A stretch of DNA of 64,000 nt from Candidatus Bathyarchaeota archaeon (GCA_963717465.1 OY970340.1:2016001-2080000), one strand, 5' to 3'. Positions 1 to 11,710 are shown, counted from the stretch's first letter. Numbers and translations are program-made. The notes: a model not told the origin generated them from the sequence alone.

Positions 1-562
1 CAACATCTCGTCCCCACTCTTGAACAAGTTGATTTACGTAACGAACGAAAGGATCATCAAGCCCAAAGTTCGCCTTTAACCATTCCACATTAATTACTAG
101 TTGCTTGCCCGAAAATCTTTTTTGCCTTTCAATACTGTAACAAACTTTTTCATTCTTTAAATGAGGTAACCAGATTATCAACTTTAGTTCCTTCCGATCG
201 TTAAAGCTTACGATTCTAGCATGCTAACTGCGATTTATCTTTGCTGAGCCTATCAATTTCAAGCTTTCAAACCCTTGTCTAACTGCGTGTTCATTTACCC
301 AAAAAAAGTAGATTCCTAATTAATAACGTTTAGTTTTGCGAGGTTAATCCACGTATGCTGGCAATAAAGCTAAATTGTGTAGTACAGAAAGCGTCCGGCG
401 ATAGGTCTGGACTAATTCTCTTATTTTTCAAAACAGCTTTCGATAAGGAAAATTCCCTTGATCGCTAAGGACAGTAGTTTCTAATTTAGTTTTTTGTGTG
501 TATACTTTTGCTATGCACATGAAGTTACATGCTGTAGCAAGCGTATTCTTTTTTGGTCTTAA

Positions 563-1159
563 ATGTTAATCTTGCGCAATAATCGTTTGGCTTTAAGTGC
601 TGTTGTAACGAGTTTAATAATTCTAGTTATTGCCGTCCTACTTGCAAGTGTAGTCACTTATTTTGCCATTAATACTTCCAATACACGAGTTCAAGAGGAA
701 AGTTTAGTAGTAAATAAGGTTCATATCTGGGTTCCAAGCGACTCTTCAGCCACTGAAGCGGCCTTTATTGTCATAAATACTGGCGGCAGAGATGTCGTTA
801 TAACTAAGATTTGCGTTAGAGGTCAAGAAGCATGTATCCCTCCAAATCCAGATGATGCACTTCAAGACGTGTGCTTTGCTGTCACAAATAAATCAATCTC
901 GGTTGACCTCAGCTACGTATTAGCCGTCTCAACAGGCGGAGATTTGGTGCCAATTGATAACAATACAAACGATGACATCAGGCTAGTCCAAGCTACGAGC
1001 TCTGTAACTCTAAGTTCCGGTTGCAGCATGGTAGTTTACATTTCAGAACCAGACAGCGTATCCATTAACGACGTCGGAACAACCGTTCCCATAACGATTT
1101 TTACCGCGCAATCAATTTATTATCAAGAAAGCAATGTAGAAGCATTCGCGTCAACGTAG
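563..1159 (+). CDS. Archaeal type IV pilin/archaellin-like protein
   Basis: Short basic leader followed by hydrophobic helix (RNNRLA/LSAVVTSLIILVIAVLLASVV) typical of a class III signal peptide; 'INTGGRDVVI' beta domain. Confidence 0.75.
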   Translation: MLILRNNRLALSAVVTSLIILVIAVLLASVVTYFAINTSNTRVQEESLVVNKVHIWVPSDSSATEAAFIVINTGGRDVVITKICVRGQEACIPPNPDDALQDVCFAVTNKSISVDLSYVLAVSTGGDLVPIDNNTNDDIRLVQATSSVTLSSGCSMVVYISEPDSVSINDVGTTVPITIFTAQSIYYQESNVEAFAST

Positions 1160-1299
1160 AAATATTCACACCCAAAAATATCAAAGTGACATTTCTTACA
1201 ATTATTCTAAAAAAATGTTCTCACTGCTAACGGTTTAAACCTGTATCAAGAATAAATTTTTTATGTTTGAAATGACGTTCGAATCTGTATCCCTTACGC

Positions 1300-2610
1300 T
1301 TGATTTTGATAAAGCTTCTTATGCCCAAGATAACTAGTAATCATGGGAAACGGAGGGCTCGGCAGGTTAACATATTGTTTAGAAAGCGCGAGATTGCTCT
1401 TTTAGTCAGTTTGCTTGCTGCCTCTTTCATAGTTAGGTTTCTCTTGTTTCCTTTGCCTGGTTACACGATCGATACAAATGATTTTCTTGCGTGGTTTAAC
1501 GTTGCATCAACGCATGGCATAAGGCTCTTTTACTCTTCCGCAGGCTGGACTGATTATCCGCCGGCTAATGTTTACATCTTCTGGTTTTTCGGCAATTTGG
1601 CCAATTTTGCCTCAAAGTACGGTGTGAATGCTTCAAGTATTGTCAAGTTGGCGCCAAACCTCTTTGACATAGGTACGGCAATCTTAATCTATATTTTCGT
1701 TCGCAAAAAATCAAGCTTTAAACTTGCACTCGCCGCCACTGCACTATATGCTTTCAACCCAGCCGTCATATATAACGCGGCTGTTTGGGGTCAGTATGAT
1801 GCTGTCTACACGTTTTTCCTTGTTCTATCTCTCATGCTCGTGTTGAATGGCAAACCTAACCTTTCATCAGCAGCTTTTGCTTTGGGGATTTTGACAAAGC
1901 CTCAGGGAATAGCTATAGCGCCATTAGTAGCCTTTTTAATTTACAAAAAGAACGGTTTAAAACAGATGTTATTTTCAGTGCTTGTATTTGCCGCAACAGT
2001 TTTCATAGTCATTCTCCCTTTCAATTGGGGCACCAACCCGATTTCTTTTTTGATCAACATTTACTTTGGCGGTTACAAGGAATATGCATTCACATCAGTT
2101 AATGCTTTCAACTTGTGGGGCGGCTTAATTGGCATGTGGGTTCCTGATGGAAACCTTTTCATTGTTGGATGGGCACTGTTTTGCGCTCTTACTATTTTTA
2201 CTTTGTACTTTTTGAATAAACGTTTCAAAACTTCAGACGTGTTCATGGTTTTTTTTGCGGCATTCATGCTTTTTTTCGGCTTTTTTATGTTGCCAACGAG
2301 GATTCATGAGCGTTATTTGTTTCCAGCTATAAGCATGTTAGCATTAACGTTTCCATTCATCAAATGGGCGCGGCCACTATATTTGGTGTTGACGGCGACT
2401 TTACTAGTCAATGAAGCGTACGTTTTGTATTGGCTTAACGCTTATTATCCTAGTGCACCCAACCTAACTGGTGACCCCGTTGTTCTGGTAGTAAGTGCTA
2501 TTAACCTGATAATGCTAGCGTATGCCTCAATAGTACTATGGAATAAGCGTGCATGGCTTAAAGCTGAGCCTGCAAAGATAAGCCAAAGCCAAGATGAGGG
2601 GTCTAAATGA
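1300..2610 (+). CDS. GT-C fold polytopic membrane glycosyltransferase (lipid-P-sugar dependent); start may be downstream
   Basis: Motifs DYPP, FNPA..NAAVWGQYD, TKPQ, HERYLFP; many TM helices. Confidence 0.8.
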   Translation: MILIKLLMPKITSNHGKRRARQVNILFRKREIALLVSLLAASFIVRFLLFPLPGYTIDTNDFLAWFNVASTHGIRLFYSSAGWTDYPPANVYIFWFFGNLANFASKYGVNASSIVKLAPNLFDIGTAILIYIFVRKKSSFKLALAATALYAFNPAVIYNAAVWGQYDAVYTFFLVLSLMLVLNGKPNLSSAAFALGILTKPQGIAIAPLVAFLIYKKNGLKQMLFSVLVFAATVFIVILPFNWGTNPISFLINIYFGGYKEYAFTSVNAFNLWGGLIGMWVPDGNLFIVGWALFCALTIFTLYFLNKRFKTSDVFMVFFAAFMLFFGFFMLPTRIHERYLFPAISMLALTFPFIKWARPLYLVLTATLLVNEAYVLYWLNAYYPSAPNLTGDPVVLVVSAINLIMLAYASIVLWNKRAWLKAEPAKISQSQDEGSK

Positions 2611-4457
2611 ACCTTGATTTGCAAATCAACAAGAAAGATATTATAACTATTGTCTTGGTTTCCTTAGTTTTTTTTGGTATCGCCGTTTGGAATGTGGGTT
2701 CAATTCAATATCCAGTTTCAAATTGGCAGGCAACAACACCTGAAAGCTTCTACATCAATTTAGGTCAAATGCAGAATATTCAAACAGTCTATTTCTGGGT
2801 TCAAAGTGGGAATGCCGAGGTAACGATTTATTCAGGTTCTCCTGGAAACTGGACTTATCTTGGCACTTATGATCTTCAACCTGCCGCTACAGATTACTCG
2901 GTTTTTCAACCATGCACTATTAATGCCTATACACAGTTTTTGAATTTTTATGTCCAACCGACGACTTATGATTCTCGACCTAACTTTTGGTGGAGTGTTC
3001 CTAACCCATCAGATGAGCAACCGTCTAATTTTATCGAAATCTCGGAAATTGGTTTAATGAGCCCAAGCGACCAGCAAATCAAGATTCCTGCCAACTCAAT
3101 TACAGGTGAAAATACTACAGACACATCGCTATCTAAGCTGATTGACGAGCAAAACGAGCTGCAAATCCCGCCAGACTACATGTCTAAAATGTACTTTGAC
3201 GAGGTGTATTTTGCTCGGGCTGCAGAAAATTATGTGCAGCATCAAATTCCATATGAACGAACTCATCCGCCGCTTGGGAAACTGATTCAAGCCTCTGGAA
3301 TACTTCTTTTTGGCGCAACTCCTTTTGGCTGGCGAATTATGGGAGTGATATTTGGAACGTTGATGATACCCTTGCTGTATCTTATTGGAAAGAAGCTGTT
3401 TGGAACATGGATTGGAGGTTTTTCTGCAGCGTTTCTGTTCTCGTTTGACTTCATGCATTTCACAATGGCTAGAATTGGCACCGTAGATACCTATATTGTA
3501 TTCTTTTCGTTGCTGTCGCAGTTATTCTTCATAATTTACCTTGCAAACGTCGTTAAGAATGGGTGGAAAACATCTATTTGGCCATTGTTTTTAGCAGTAA
3601 TCTTTTTTGCCTTGGGATTCTCTACGAAGTGGTTTACAATTTTTGGGGCTGGCGGTTTATTAGTGCTGTTTTTGGCATACAAGCTCAAAGATGCCATAAA
3701 ACTTAAAGGTGGATTCGCTGATAAGCTTGCTACTTTCTTTGGCTATCCTCTTCTACTGTTGATAGGCTTCATCGGTTTATCGGTTGTAATTTACTTCTTA
3801 ACATATATTCCTGACATGCTAGCAGGAGACTCTTTTTCAACAATTTTGAATCTGCAGAACGCAATGTACAGTTTTCAATCAGGCACAGTAACAGATCATA
3901 CTTCCTCTCCATGGTGGTCTTGGCCCTTCATGACTGGCATCGGCAACAATTCTGTTCCTAAATGGTTTGACATAACATACTTGCCTAATAATGTAGTATC
4001 AACGATCACAGCGTTCGGTAACCCGGTGGTCTGGTGGATCGGCTTTGCCAGCGTAATCGCATTAACCGGGACAATAATATATGAATCGAAAGTTTTTCAA
4101 AAGCTAAGCCAGCGGCTATCCGAGAAAAAATCAAAAGCAAAAATTATCTCGAAGGTCGATTTTTCTGCTGTATACATTGTTGTTGTTTTCTTTTTCTCTT
4201 GGCTTCCATACATCATAATTTCACGGGCGACTTACATTTACCATTTCTATTTATGTGTGCCACTTCTCTGCTTAGCATTGACTTACTTCATTAATAAGTA
4301 CTGGAACACACGCATTGGAAAAGTCTTCGCAATAGCCATATTCGCCGCAACCGTGATTTTGTTTATCGTGTTCTATCCGGTAATTTCGGGAATGCCTGTT
4401 TCCGAATCATACGTTGATAAACTTAAGTGGCTTCCAGGCTGGTTCTTTGCGCCATGA
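2607..4457 (+). CDS. Protein O-mannosyltransferase-like (PMT/GT39) glycosyltransferase with extracellular N-terminal domain
   Basis: YFDEVY (DE motif), THPPLGKLI, PFGWR, C-terminal SSPWWSWP / GNPVVWW / YIYHFY; ATGA overlap with upstream gene. Confidence 0.85.
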   Translation: MNLDLQINKKDIITIVLVSLVFFGIAVWNVGSIQYPVSNWQATTPESFYINLGQMQNIQTVYFWVQSGNAEVTIYSGSPGNWTYLGTYDLQPAATDYSVFQPCTINAYTQFLNFYVQPTTYDSRPNFWWSVPNPSDEQPSNFIEISEIGLMSPSDQQIKIPANSITGENTTDTSLSKLIDEQNELQIPPDYMSKMYFDEVYFARAAENYVQHQIPYERTHPPLGKLIQASGILLFGATPFGWRIMGVIFGTLMIPLLYLIGKKLFGTWIGGFSAAFLFSFDFMHFTMARIGTVDTYIVFFSLLSQLFFIIYLANVVKNGWKTSIWPLFLAVIFFALGFSTKWFTIFGAGGLLVLFLAYKLKDAIKLKGGFADKLATFFGYPLLLLIGFIGLSVVIYFLTYIPDMLAGDSFSTILNLQNAMYSFQSGTVTDHTSSPWWSWPFMTGIGNNSVPKWFDITYLPNNVVSTITAFGNPVVWWIGFASVIALTGTIIYESKVFQKLSQRLSEKKSKAKIISKVDFSAVYIVVVFFFSWLPYIIISRATYIYHFYLCVPLLCLALTYFINKYWNTRIGKVFAIAIFAATVILFIVFYPVISGMPVSESYVDKLKWLPGWFFAP

Positions 4458-5209
4458 CACAACCAAACAATCTCAGAAAGACAACAGAAGTAGAGGTTTC
4501 AGTGGTTCTTCCAGCCTTCAATGAAGTACATAGCTTAGAAACAGCTGTTCGAGGAATTAGCCAGAGTCTTGAGCAACTCAATTATTCGCATGAAGTTATT
4601 ATAGCTGAAGATGGCAGCACTGATGGCACAGCTGAAAAAGCCAAAGAGTTAGCAAAAAAATTCTCTAACGTTAAGCATATTCATCATGACCAACGCTTGG
4701 GACGAGGAAATGCGCTTAAAAATGCATTCAAACAAAGCAAAGGTCAGGTCCTAGTTTATGCAGATTTAGACTTAGCAACTGACCTGAAAGCGCTTAAACC
4801 ACTAATCGAATCCATAACAATTGAAGGTTACTCGTTTTCCACTGGCTCAAGAATGCTGCCTGACAGTAGAGTTGAACGTAGCTTCGCCAGAAGCGTAAGC
4901 TCTAATACTTACAATTTTCTGGTCAGGCATTTGTTAGGGTCAAAAGTTAAGGATCATCAATGTGGCTTCAAAGCATTCAAGAGAGAGCCGACATTAAGTT
5001 TGCTGGATGAGGTTGAGGCGGCTCACTGGTTTTGGGATACCGAGATACTTGTAAGGGCAAGTCGGCATGGTTACAAGATAAAAGAGATTCCCGTTGAATG
5101 GAAAGGCGGAAAGGCTACAAAGGTTAGTTTCTTTAAAGATTCAAATAACATGTTCAAGCAAATCTTAGAGCTAAGACGAAAACTGAAAAAAGAAGGTCTG
5201 AATAAATGA
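4454..5209 (+). CDS. GT2 dolichol-phosphate hexosyltransferase (AglD/Alg5/DPM1-like)
   Basis: SVVLPAFNE, EDGSTDGT, DLD, DHQCGFKAF, WFWDTE; ATG at 4454 overlaps the upstream TGA. Confidence 0.85.
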   Translation: MTQPNNLRKTTEVEVSVVLPAFNEVHSLETAVRGISQSLEQLNYSHEVIIAEDGSTDGTAEKAKELAKKFSNVKHIHHDQRLGRGNALKNAFKQSKGQVLVYADLDLATDLKALKPLIESITIEGYSFSTGSRMLPDSRVERSFARSVSSNTYNFLVRHLLGSKVKDHQCGFKAFKREPTLSLLDEVEAAHWFWDTEILVRASRHGYKIKEIPVEWKGGKATKVSFFKDSNNMFKQILELRRKLKKEGLNK

Positions 5210-5270
5210 CTTTACTGAAATAGAAAAGGAAGCGATTGGAGATTAATATGCGCCTTTTTCTTATTGTATT

Positions 5271-8200
5271 TTAGCAATTATTTTCGTTGTTTTCGGGCTT
5301 TTTGTTTCTTGAGAGTTTATAGGGCCACCAGTTCATTTTTTGGGCTAGACCCATTAAAGAAGGTACGAAGAATAGGATAACGACGGTTACGTCTATGAGT
5401 ATAGCCGCAGCGACTGCAAGCGCGATTTCTTCAAGAATTGCTACATTAGTTAGTAGCAGTGATATGAAGACGATGGCAACGACTAGTCCTAATCCAAGGA
5501 TTGTTGTCCAGATCTTGTCTATGGCTGTTATTATTGCTTCGTTGTCTGTTTTTCCGCTGAGGACTTCCTCGCGTATTCGAGTGAGGAAAAATATGTCGTA
5601 ATCTATCCCAACTCCAAGCATTGTCACAACAACGAATAGAGGCGCAAAGTCCAGAATGGGCAGGTTGAGACCATAGTAGAATATGCCGTAAGTAAAGGCC
5701 AAAGAGCAAACAACACTGCAGAGGATCGTTATTATCAAGCGGATAGGCGTGAAAGCTGAACGCAACTGGAAAAAGAGGATCACATAGATTGCAGCTGCGA
5801 GGATGGCTATGACTTCAGGAATCAGGCCAGTCATGAACGTTATGCTATCATATGTTGATTGTGTTTCTCCACCGTAGTAAACATTTATGCCGTTTAGGGA
5901 CAGGTTACCAATATTCTTTTCTACACCCTTAAGCGAGTTGATAGCGGCTAAGCTATCTGCTGAGTTAGAAAGATTAACCGTTATAATAGCCGTTTTATTG
6001 TCTTGTCCAATTGTTGTTAACATTTGGCTCTCGTACTGCTGCCGGATTTGGTCAGGCATGTTTCCTAAGCTGGTGTAGTTGAATGCGCTTCCAAATGGTC
6101 TTGTTGTGCTTGAAACGCTTGACACTCCGTTGGAGGTTGCAGCTGCTGCTGTGATTTGCTCGATCTGGTTTAGCAAAGTCTGGTTAAATTGGTTGTCTCC
6201 ATAAGTTATCGGTGTAGCAGTTGTAACAACGATTTGAGTTGGCGATAATGCTCCGCTACCGAAATCGTTTGATATTGCTGCAAGTCCTTGATTGCTTGAG
6301 AAGTTGGGAATCAACCTGAGAAATTCTTCGTCAGTTGGCGTATTGTACACGACGATAAAGGCACAAATCGAAATAATGCTAATTATGATTATTACAGGAA
6401 TTTTACGTTTAAGAGTGCTTTGACCCAAGCGTCTTAGTATGCTTTTTTTCGGACCAGCTTTTTGGTCAAGTTTTACCATGCTTTGCTTATTTAGTCTTGG
6501 CCAAAAAATTCTGTCACCTAAAGCAATCTCAAGAGCCGGTAGCAAAGTCAAAGATGCCGCAAGCAAAATCGAAACTCCGAACACTATTGCAATACCAACA
6601 TCGCTAAAGATGGGCACATTGACAACAGCCATCACGATGTAAGCAGCAATGACCGTTATGCCTGCTGTAAGCACTGCTTGACCAGCCCATTTAATAGAAA
6701 TGCCTACACTTTCCTGGATTGGTTTTCCTTTTAGTCGCTCTTCTCTTGTGCGTCTAAGCTGCAAGACTGAATAGTCAACCGCTAAACCTAACATTAAAAG
6801 TATGGTTAAGGTTGGTGTAAGGAAAGTTATGTTTCCGCCGCCAATCTTTACAAATCCTTCGTATATTACTGCAAGTGCTACTGCAATCGAAACGCCGCCT
6901 AATAGGACTGGAATTAAAGCTGCCAAGGGAGCCATAAAGAGTAAGCCAACAATCACCAGTGAAATTATTATGCCTGGTCCAATGGTTAATTCGAGGGCGG
7001 GCAAGAAGACGTTGCCGGCATCTTGAGTCACTACTGGACCGCCAGTCACATAAACAGTCCCAAAGTTTTGAAGACCTGAATTTTGTACGTCAGATTCTAC
7101 ATTGGCAATAGTGTTACTATCAGGATTGGAGGAGAAATTAAATACAATCAGCATAGTGTTATTCTGTGAGTTAACGAAGTTACCAGTTAACGATGTTGAC
7201 ATTGCATACGGGTAGTTTGCGTATGGTTGAGTTGCAATTTCGTTATCGATAGCTTGGTTTATATCGCCACTTGTTGAATTAGGCGAAAGCTCTGAAAGAA
7301 GACTGCTAAGAGAAGCACTATTCACGTTGAATAGTGGCGACTGCGTGAAGGTGCTTTCAGTTGCGTTAGCTATAAGGTCGCACGCCAAGTTCCACGTTTG
7401 CGAGTTATCAGTTGTTGAGCCAAGATTATATGTAGATTGCATCAGATCTGAAAGTGAAAAACCTTGGTCTCCAGATGCCAAGTTTGAGTAACTATTTTCT
7501 AAAAGGCTAATTGCGTAGTTTCCCAGAGTCGCATTTGAAGGCGATTGCCCAAAACCGTACAAACTACTCAAAAGATCAGTTGCAGAAACTCCAAGGGCAG
7601 ATGACAAGTCTGAGGGAATACTTGACGTCATTGTTGAAATTGTCAAGTTCTCTAATGCTTGAGGCTGATTCCAATTCGATACGGTTAGACCTGAGGCGAC
7701 AAGACCAAGCATTTGGCTAGCTTGTTCATCAAGTTGTGTATTGTTCAAAAAATCTGTAACTGCATTGCCTATTGCGTAGGCCTCGCGGTCAAATGCTGTT
7801 GTGTTACTTGGAAGAGATTGGAAGCTTGCGTTCCAGTAGTTATAGAATGTCGAGTAATATGCAATGGCTTCGTCGTTGCCTAAGTTGGATGAGGTGTTGA
7901 ACATGTTGTTTGCATAGGCGCTAGCTGCGATTGGGTCAGACGTATTAGACATGGCTTGTTGCCATATGTAAACGAAACCGGTTGGTATGCCGTAAACCAT
8001 TTGTGCTGTTTGGTTAATGCCGTCTTGCAGTTGGAACAGGTTTGTGCTCAGGGTGGTTAGGTTATCCTGTAAAGAGTATAATCCTGAGTTGATTGTTATT
8101 ATGTTTGCTTGAAGGTTTGCTGTCTGATTAAGTATGTCGGGTAAGGACTCATTAAGAAGGTCTGCTTCTACTGAGTAAAGACTTTCTACACCAGTGCAGT

Positions 8201-8538
8201 TGCCAACATTTGAATCCTTGCATAACGTCGCATTAAGCGATAAAATCTTCTGCTCTAGCGCTTCAGAATATACTGAGGAGTTTTGAAGGACGATTATAAT
8301 TGCGTTTTGGCTGTTATTTGAGTTTGGAAATTCATTTTGGATAATGTTGGCTGCTTTGTTTGACATGGTGTTTGAGGGGCCGCCTAGTCCGCCGCCTATT
8401 ATGTTGTATGAAACAGATGAGAAGAAGCTTGGGATAAGGAGAAGTGATAACAATACGGCAATTATCCATGCCTAGTATTATCCATCGGTGGCGTTTCTGA
8501 ATAAAATTGTTTAGTGAATCGAAGAATGATTTTGGCAT
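5271..8538 (-). CDS. MMPL/RND family transporter (one +1 indel near 8471 separates the N-terminus)
   Basis: Two MMPL repeats (GLAVDYS..RTREE; GVGIDYDIFFLTRIREE); N-terminus MPKSFFDSL..RHRWIIL is in an adjacent frame. Confidence 0.85.
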
Positions 8539-8736
8539 CTAGTCAAGTCCGCGTTTGGCAGCGTTGCGCAGGTTACATTTAAGGGTGAACATAGCGTTTA
8601 CATTTTGCGTAGCCTTTCATAAGGCTTTCTAAGAACCTGTCCAATACACACTAATGTTCTAATCCTGCAAAAAATTAAATGACTAAAAAACGTTTCAAAA
8701 ACGTGCTAACGATTAAGGGAAAATGTTGCTCCCAGT

Positions 8737-10209
8737 TTATAGCATATTTGCAAGCCAAACAGCGTATAATATTAGTGAGGCAAGAAATATGACTGCCCAC
8801 AAGAGTTTGCTATGTTTGAATATAGTGTGTCCATTCATGGGTTTAATTGGGAACGTGTCAAAGAAGGCTGAAACTAGACACATTGCCAAGCCCGTTCCCC
8901 CAATCAGAGCAAAGCCGCTTTTTAACAAAACAAAAAAGAGCAAAGCAAAAGCTAACGTAATTAACACACCGACAATTGCAATAGTCCCCTCTATTCTTTC
9001 AGACAAGTTACGCGAGTGATGCACCGTTCTAGTAGGCGAGGAGAAAGGAGATCGCAAAGCTACTGTGGATATAATGTACATGAAAACACCAAGCGGCCAG
9101 ACTTTATGTTCTGTCCAAACTCCTTTCCTGCGCGAGTACAAAGAAATTAGGTACGTTCTTGCCAGCATTACAATGATGCTTGTCGCCAAAAACAAGGGCA
9201 AAATATCCACGAACTGTTGAAAATTAATCACTTTAACGTAAGCAAACGAAAAAGTCAGAATAAGAACGGCAACCGCGTAAACAACGATTTCTTCTTTAGT
9301 TAGCAAATACGGTGAAGCTTTCTTTTCCACAATTGCACTTTTTCTTTTAGATTCAACATAATCTTCAAACCATTTCTTTGCAGCGTTAGGCACAAGTTGC
9401 TTAATCTTATCGAATAAATTGCTAAAAAAATCGTACAAAGAAGCCAAGACTGAATCAGAGGCGGAAGTGATGACTGCAGCAGCCCCCGCAACTGACACTG
9501 AAACTATGCCCGCTGCAGCCGCATTTGTAGCAGGCGGTACCCACGGCTCTGAAAAACTAGTATTTTCCGAATTGGAAGTGCCTAGTTGTTCGAATTGTAA
9601 ATCACTGTATGCTTCATTGCCTTCCCATGGGGCAACCAGAGAAACCCCAACAACAGCAGACGGTGTGGTGTCTGTTTCATTGTATGTTTGTTCGAGTTGG
9701 CCGTTAAAGTACATGTAGATTGTGTTGCCCTGCTTGACCATTGTCATGTTTACCCAAGTGTTTACCTGTTCTGTGTAGCTGCCAAAGGTGATTTTTGGGT
9801 CATTATCTCTGTAAAAAACAAACACGTTGTACCACCCATCAGCTGCAAAACTATAACTATGATCAGCGGTCTGAACTGCTACGACTGGCTGTGAATGGCC
9901 TTCGCCAAGCCATTCAGATTCATCCTGTATCTCCCAGTCAGTTATGCCTGATGGAAAATGATTTTCATAAGCTATTGACGTGTCATTTATGCCATCAAGA
10001 ATAAGAGTTCCATTAGCAAAACTTACCCCTGCAACGTTCGTAGTAGTCCAGCCGCCAGCCTCAAACTGCTCAGTGTTTGTATAACTGAAATATTCGTTCC
10101 AAGAAAACTGACTGGCAGCATTTACTTGGGAAAATAACCCTATGCAAAGAAAGCTAACTAACGCTAAGAAAATAAAGAAATTACGCGTTACTTGCCCCTG
10201 GCCCTTCAA
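8737..10209 (-). CDS. Secreted LamG/concanavalin-like domain fused to a degenerate M50 (site-2 protease)-like membrane domain
   Basis: Signal peptide; NTWVNMTMVKQGNTIYMYFNGQL lectin-fold motif; C-terminal TM region has M50 architecture but lacks HExxH. Confidence 0.55.
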   Translation of the reverse strand: MKGQGQVTRNFFIFLALVSFLCIGLFSQVNAASQFSWNEYFSYTNTEQFEAGGWTTTNVAGVSFANGTLILDGINDTSIAYENHFPSGITDWEIQDESEWLGEGHSQPVVAVQTADHSYSFAADGWYNVFVFYRDNDPKITFGSYTEQVNTWVNMTMVKQGNTIYMYFNGQLEQTYNETDTTPSAVVGVSLVAPWEGNEAYSDLQFEQLGTSNSENTSFSEPWVPPATNAAAAGIVSVSVAGAAAVITSASDSVLASLYDFFSNLFDKIKQLVPNAAKKWFEDYVESKRKSAIVEKKASPYLLTKEEIVVYAVAVLILTFSFAYVKVINFQQFVDILPLFLATSIIVMLARTYLISLYSRRKGVWTEHKVWPLGVFMYIISTVALRSPFSSPTRTVHHSRNLSERIEGTIAIVGVLITLAFALLFFVLLKSGFALIGGTGLAMCLVSAFFDTFPIKPMNGHTIFKHSKLLWAVIFLASLILYAVWLANML

Positions 10210-10316
10210 ATAAATCGAATTAGCTCTTGGAATCTAAAAATATAAGCTTTTATCAGTAAGTCATTTTGCACTAATATGGCTCAGCCTTTGTGGCGAATAC
10301 GCTTAACTTAATTTCT

Positions 10317-11162
10317 TTAAGGTGGAGGAGGTGGTGGAGGCGGCGGTGGAACAGCTAATGGAGATGTTAAAAGGAGCTCTTGAGATGTAGATAGGAAATT
10401 GAAGAAGTTGAAGTGACCGCCTAGAAAATCTCTTAGAATTATTGCAAAGGGAAGAGCTACAATGATGATATTAATGAGTATTGTAACAATCAGGTTTACG
10501 CCTGATGACTCCAAGCCTATATCAAGACCGTTCCAGCACATGTGAGCAACCCAGCCAAACAGTAAAAATGGAATTGCCAGCCAAACTGGAGTGCCAGAAA
10601 CCTTTCTTTGTGCCAGAAGGACAAAAACGCCCACTCCAACGAACGCTGACCAGATAACATGCATAAAAGGCAAACCTATCCATCGGCCGATAATATCTTC
10701 AGCTGCATCAGTTTTTCCGATGGAACCAATGTTATAAATTATGTTTTCAACAACAGCAAAACCTAAACCTGAAACCGCACCTAACAAGGCACCATATCGG
10801 CGATTTGGAAGAGCCTTCCACATAAACCAGACCACAAGAAATACGCTTAATCCTTTGAAAAATTCTTCAATCATTGGAAATAATATCAAAAGCCCTGCCG
10901 CCCCTGTGAAGCTAAGAGCAAGTTCAAGAAGCAGAGATAACCCTGTGCCCATGGAAGCGCTAAGAATAAACGCAACAAGCAAGCCTTTGTGCAAGTTTCC
11001 TTTGAATGGTGCTGCAAGATTACGCTCTAAAACTGCTAAATTGCTTCTGATGTTTTTGAAGAAATTCGTTTCTGGTCCATGCAAGTTAATCTTCACATTT
11101 TGTTCTGGTAGTTGAGGTGGCGGAGGTATAGGCGGAGGCGGTGGAGGATATGTTTTTTGCAT
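10317..11162 (-). CDS. PrsW-family intramembrane glutamic/metalloprotease with poly-Pro tails
   Basis: PMIEEFFK, GLGFAVVEN, MHVIWS, AHMCWN motifs. Confidence 0.85.
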   Translation of the reverse strand: MQKTYPPPPPPIPPPPQLPEQNVKINLHGPETNFFKNIRSNLAVLERNLAAPFKGNLHKGLLVAFILSASMGTGLSLLLELALSFTGAAGLLILFPMIEEFFKGLSVFLVVWFMWKALPNRRYGALLGAVSGLGFAVVENIIYNIGSIGKTDAAEDIIGRWIGLPFMHVIWSAFVGVGVFVLLAQRKVSGTPVWLAIPFLLFGWVAHMCWNGLDIGLESSGVNLIVTILINIIIVALPFAIILRDFLGGHFNFFNFLSTSQELLLTSPLAVPPPPPPPPPP

Positions 11163-11365
11163 ATAAATCACCAGCAAGTATGCAATCAATCGTTTTAAAA
11201 TTTTCGAGTAAGTTCAGATCAAAATTGTTATCGGTGCAAAATAACTGCTTTACTGAAATATTTATAAGATTTTTGCGATGAACTGCTTTTGAAGAGTTAA
11301 AATATTGGATAGTGTGAAACTTTATTAAGAAAAACATAGACAAACAAAGAGAGAAGCGAACGATT

Positions 11366-11710
11366 ATGTCATCAGACAAAAAAACTAAGACTAAAGACAA
11401 ATTAATTGGCTTGCAAGTTTATGATGCTGAAGGCTATAACCAAGGAACTGTTGATGACATTGCGTATACAGTTGGGAAGGTAGGATTAACATTAGTTATT
11501 AAGACTAAAGGTGGCGAATCTAAGGAGGTTGTCTGGGAGAATATACAGGCAGCAGGTGATGTTGTGATCCTTAAGCCTAAAGTCGCCGAGCCTGCCCCTT
11601 CTGAGGTGAGTCCAGCTTCCCAGCAAATTTGTCCGACCTGTGGAGAACCGCTAACCTATATTCCCCAATATAAGCGCTGGTATTGTTACAAAGACAAGAA
11701 ATACGTTTAG
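11366..11710 (+). CDS. PRC-barrel protein with C-terminal zinc ribbon
   Basis: LIGLQVYDAEG..GTVDDI, IQAAGDVVIL; CPTCG..RWYC. Confidence 0.8.
   Translation: MSSDKKTKTKDKLIGLQVYDAEGYNQGTVDDIAYTVGKVGLTLVIKTKGGESKEVVWENIQAAGDVVILKPKVAEPAPSEVSPASQQICPTCGEPLTYIPQYKRWYCYKDKKYV

Noticed and set aside
1..300. Minus-strand gene fragments (MVKGEL../..DDPFVRYVNQLVQEWG and a coiled-coil-like stretch)
   Set aside because: Multiple frame breaks at the window edge; no product can be supported.
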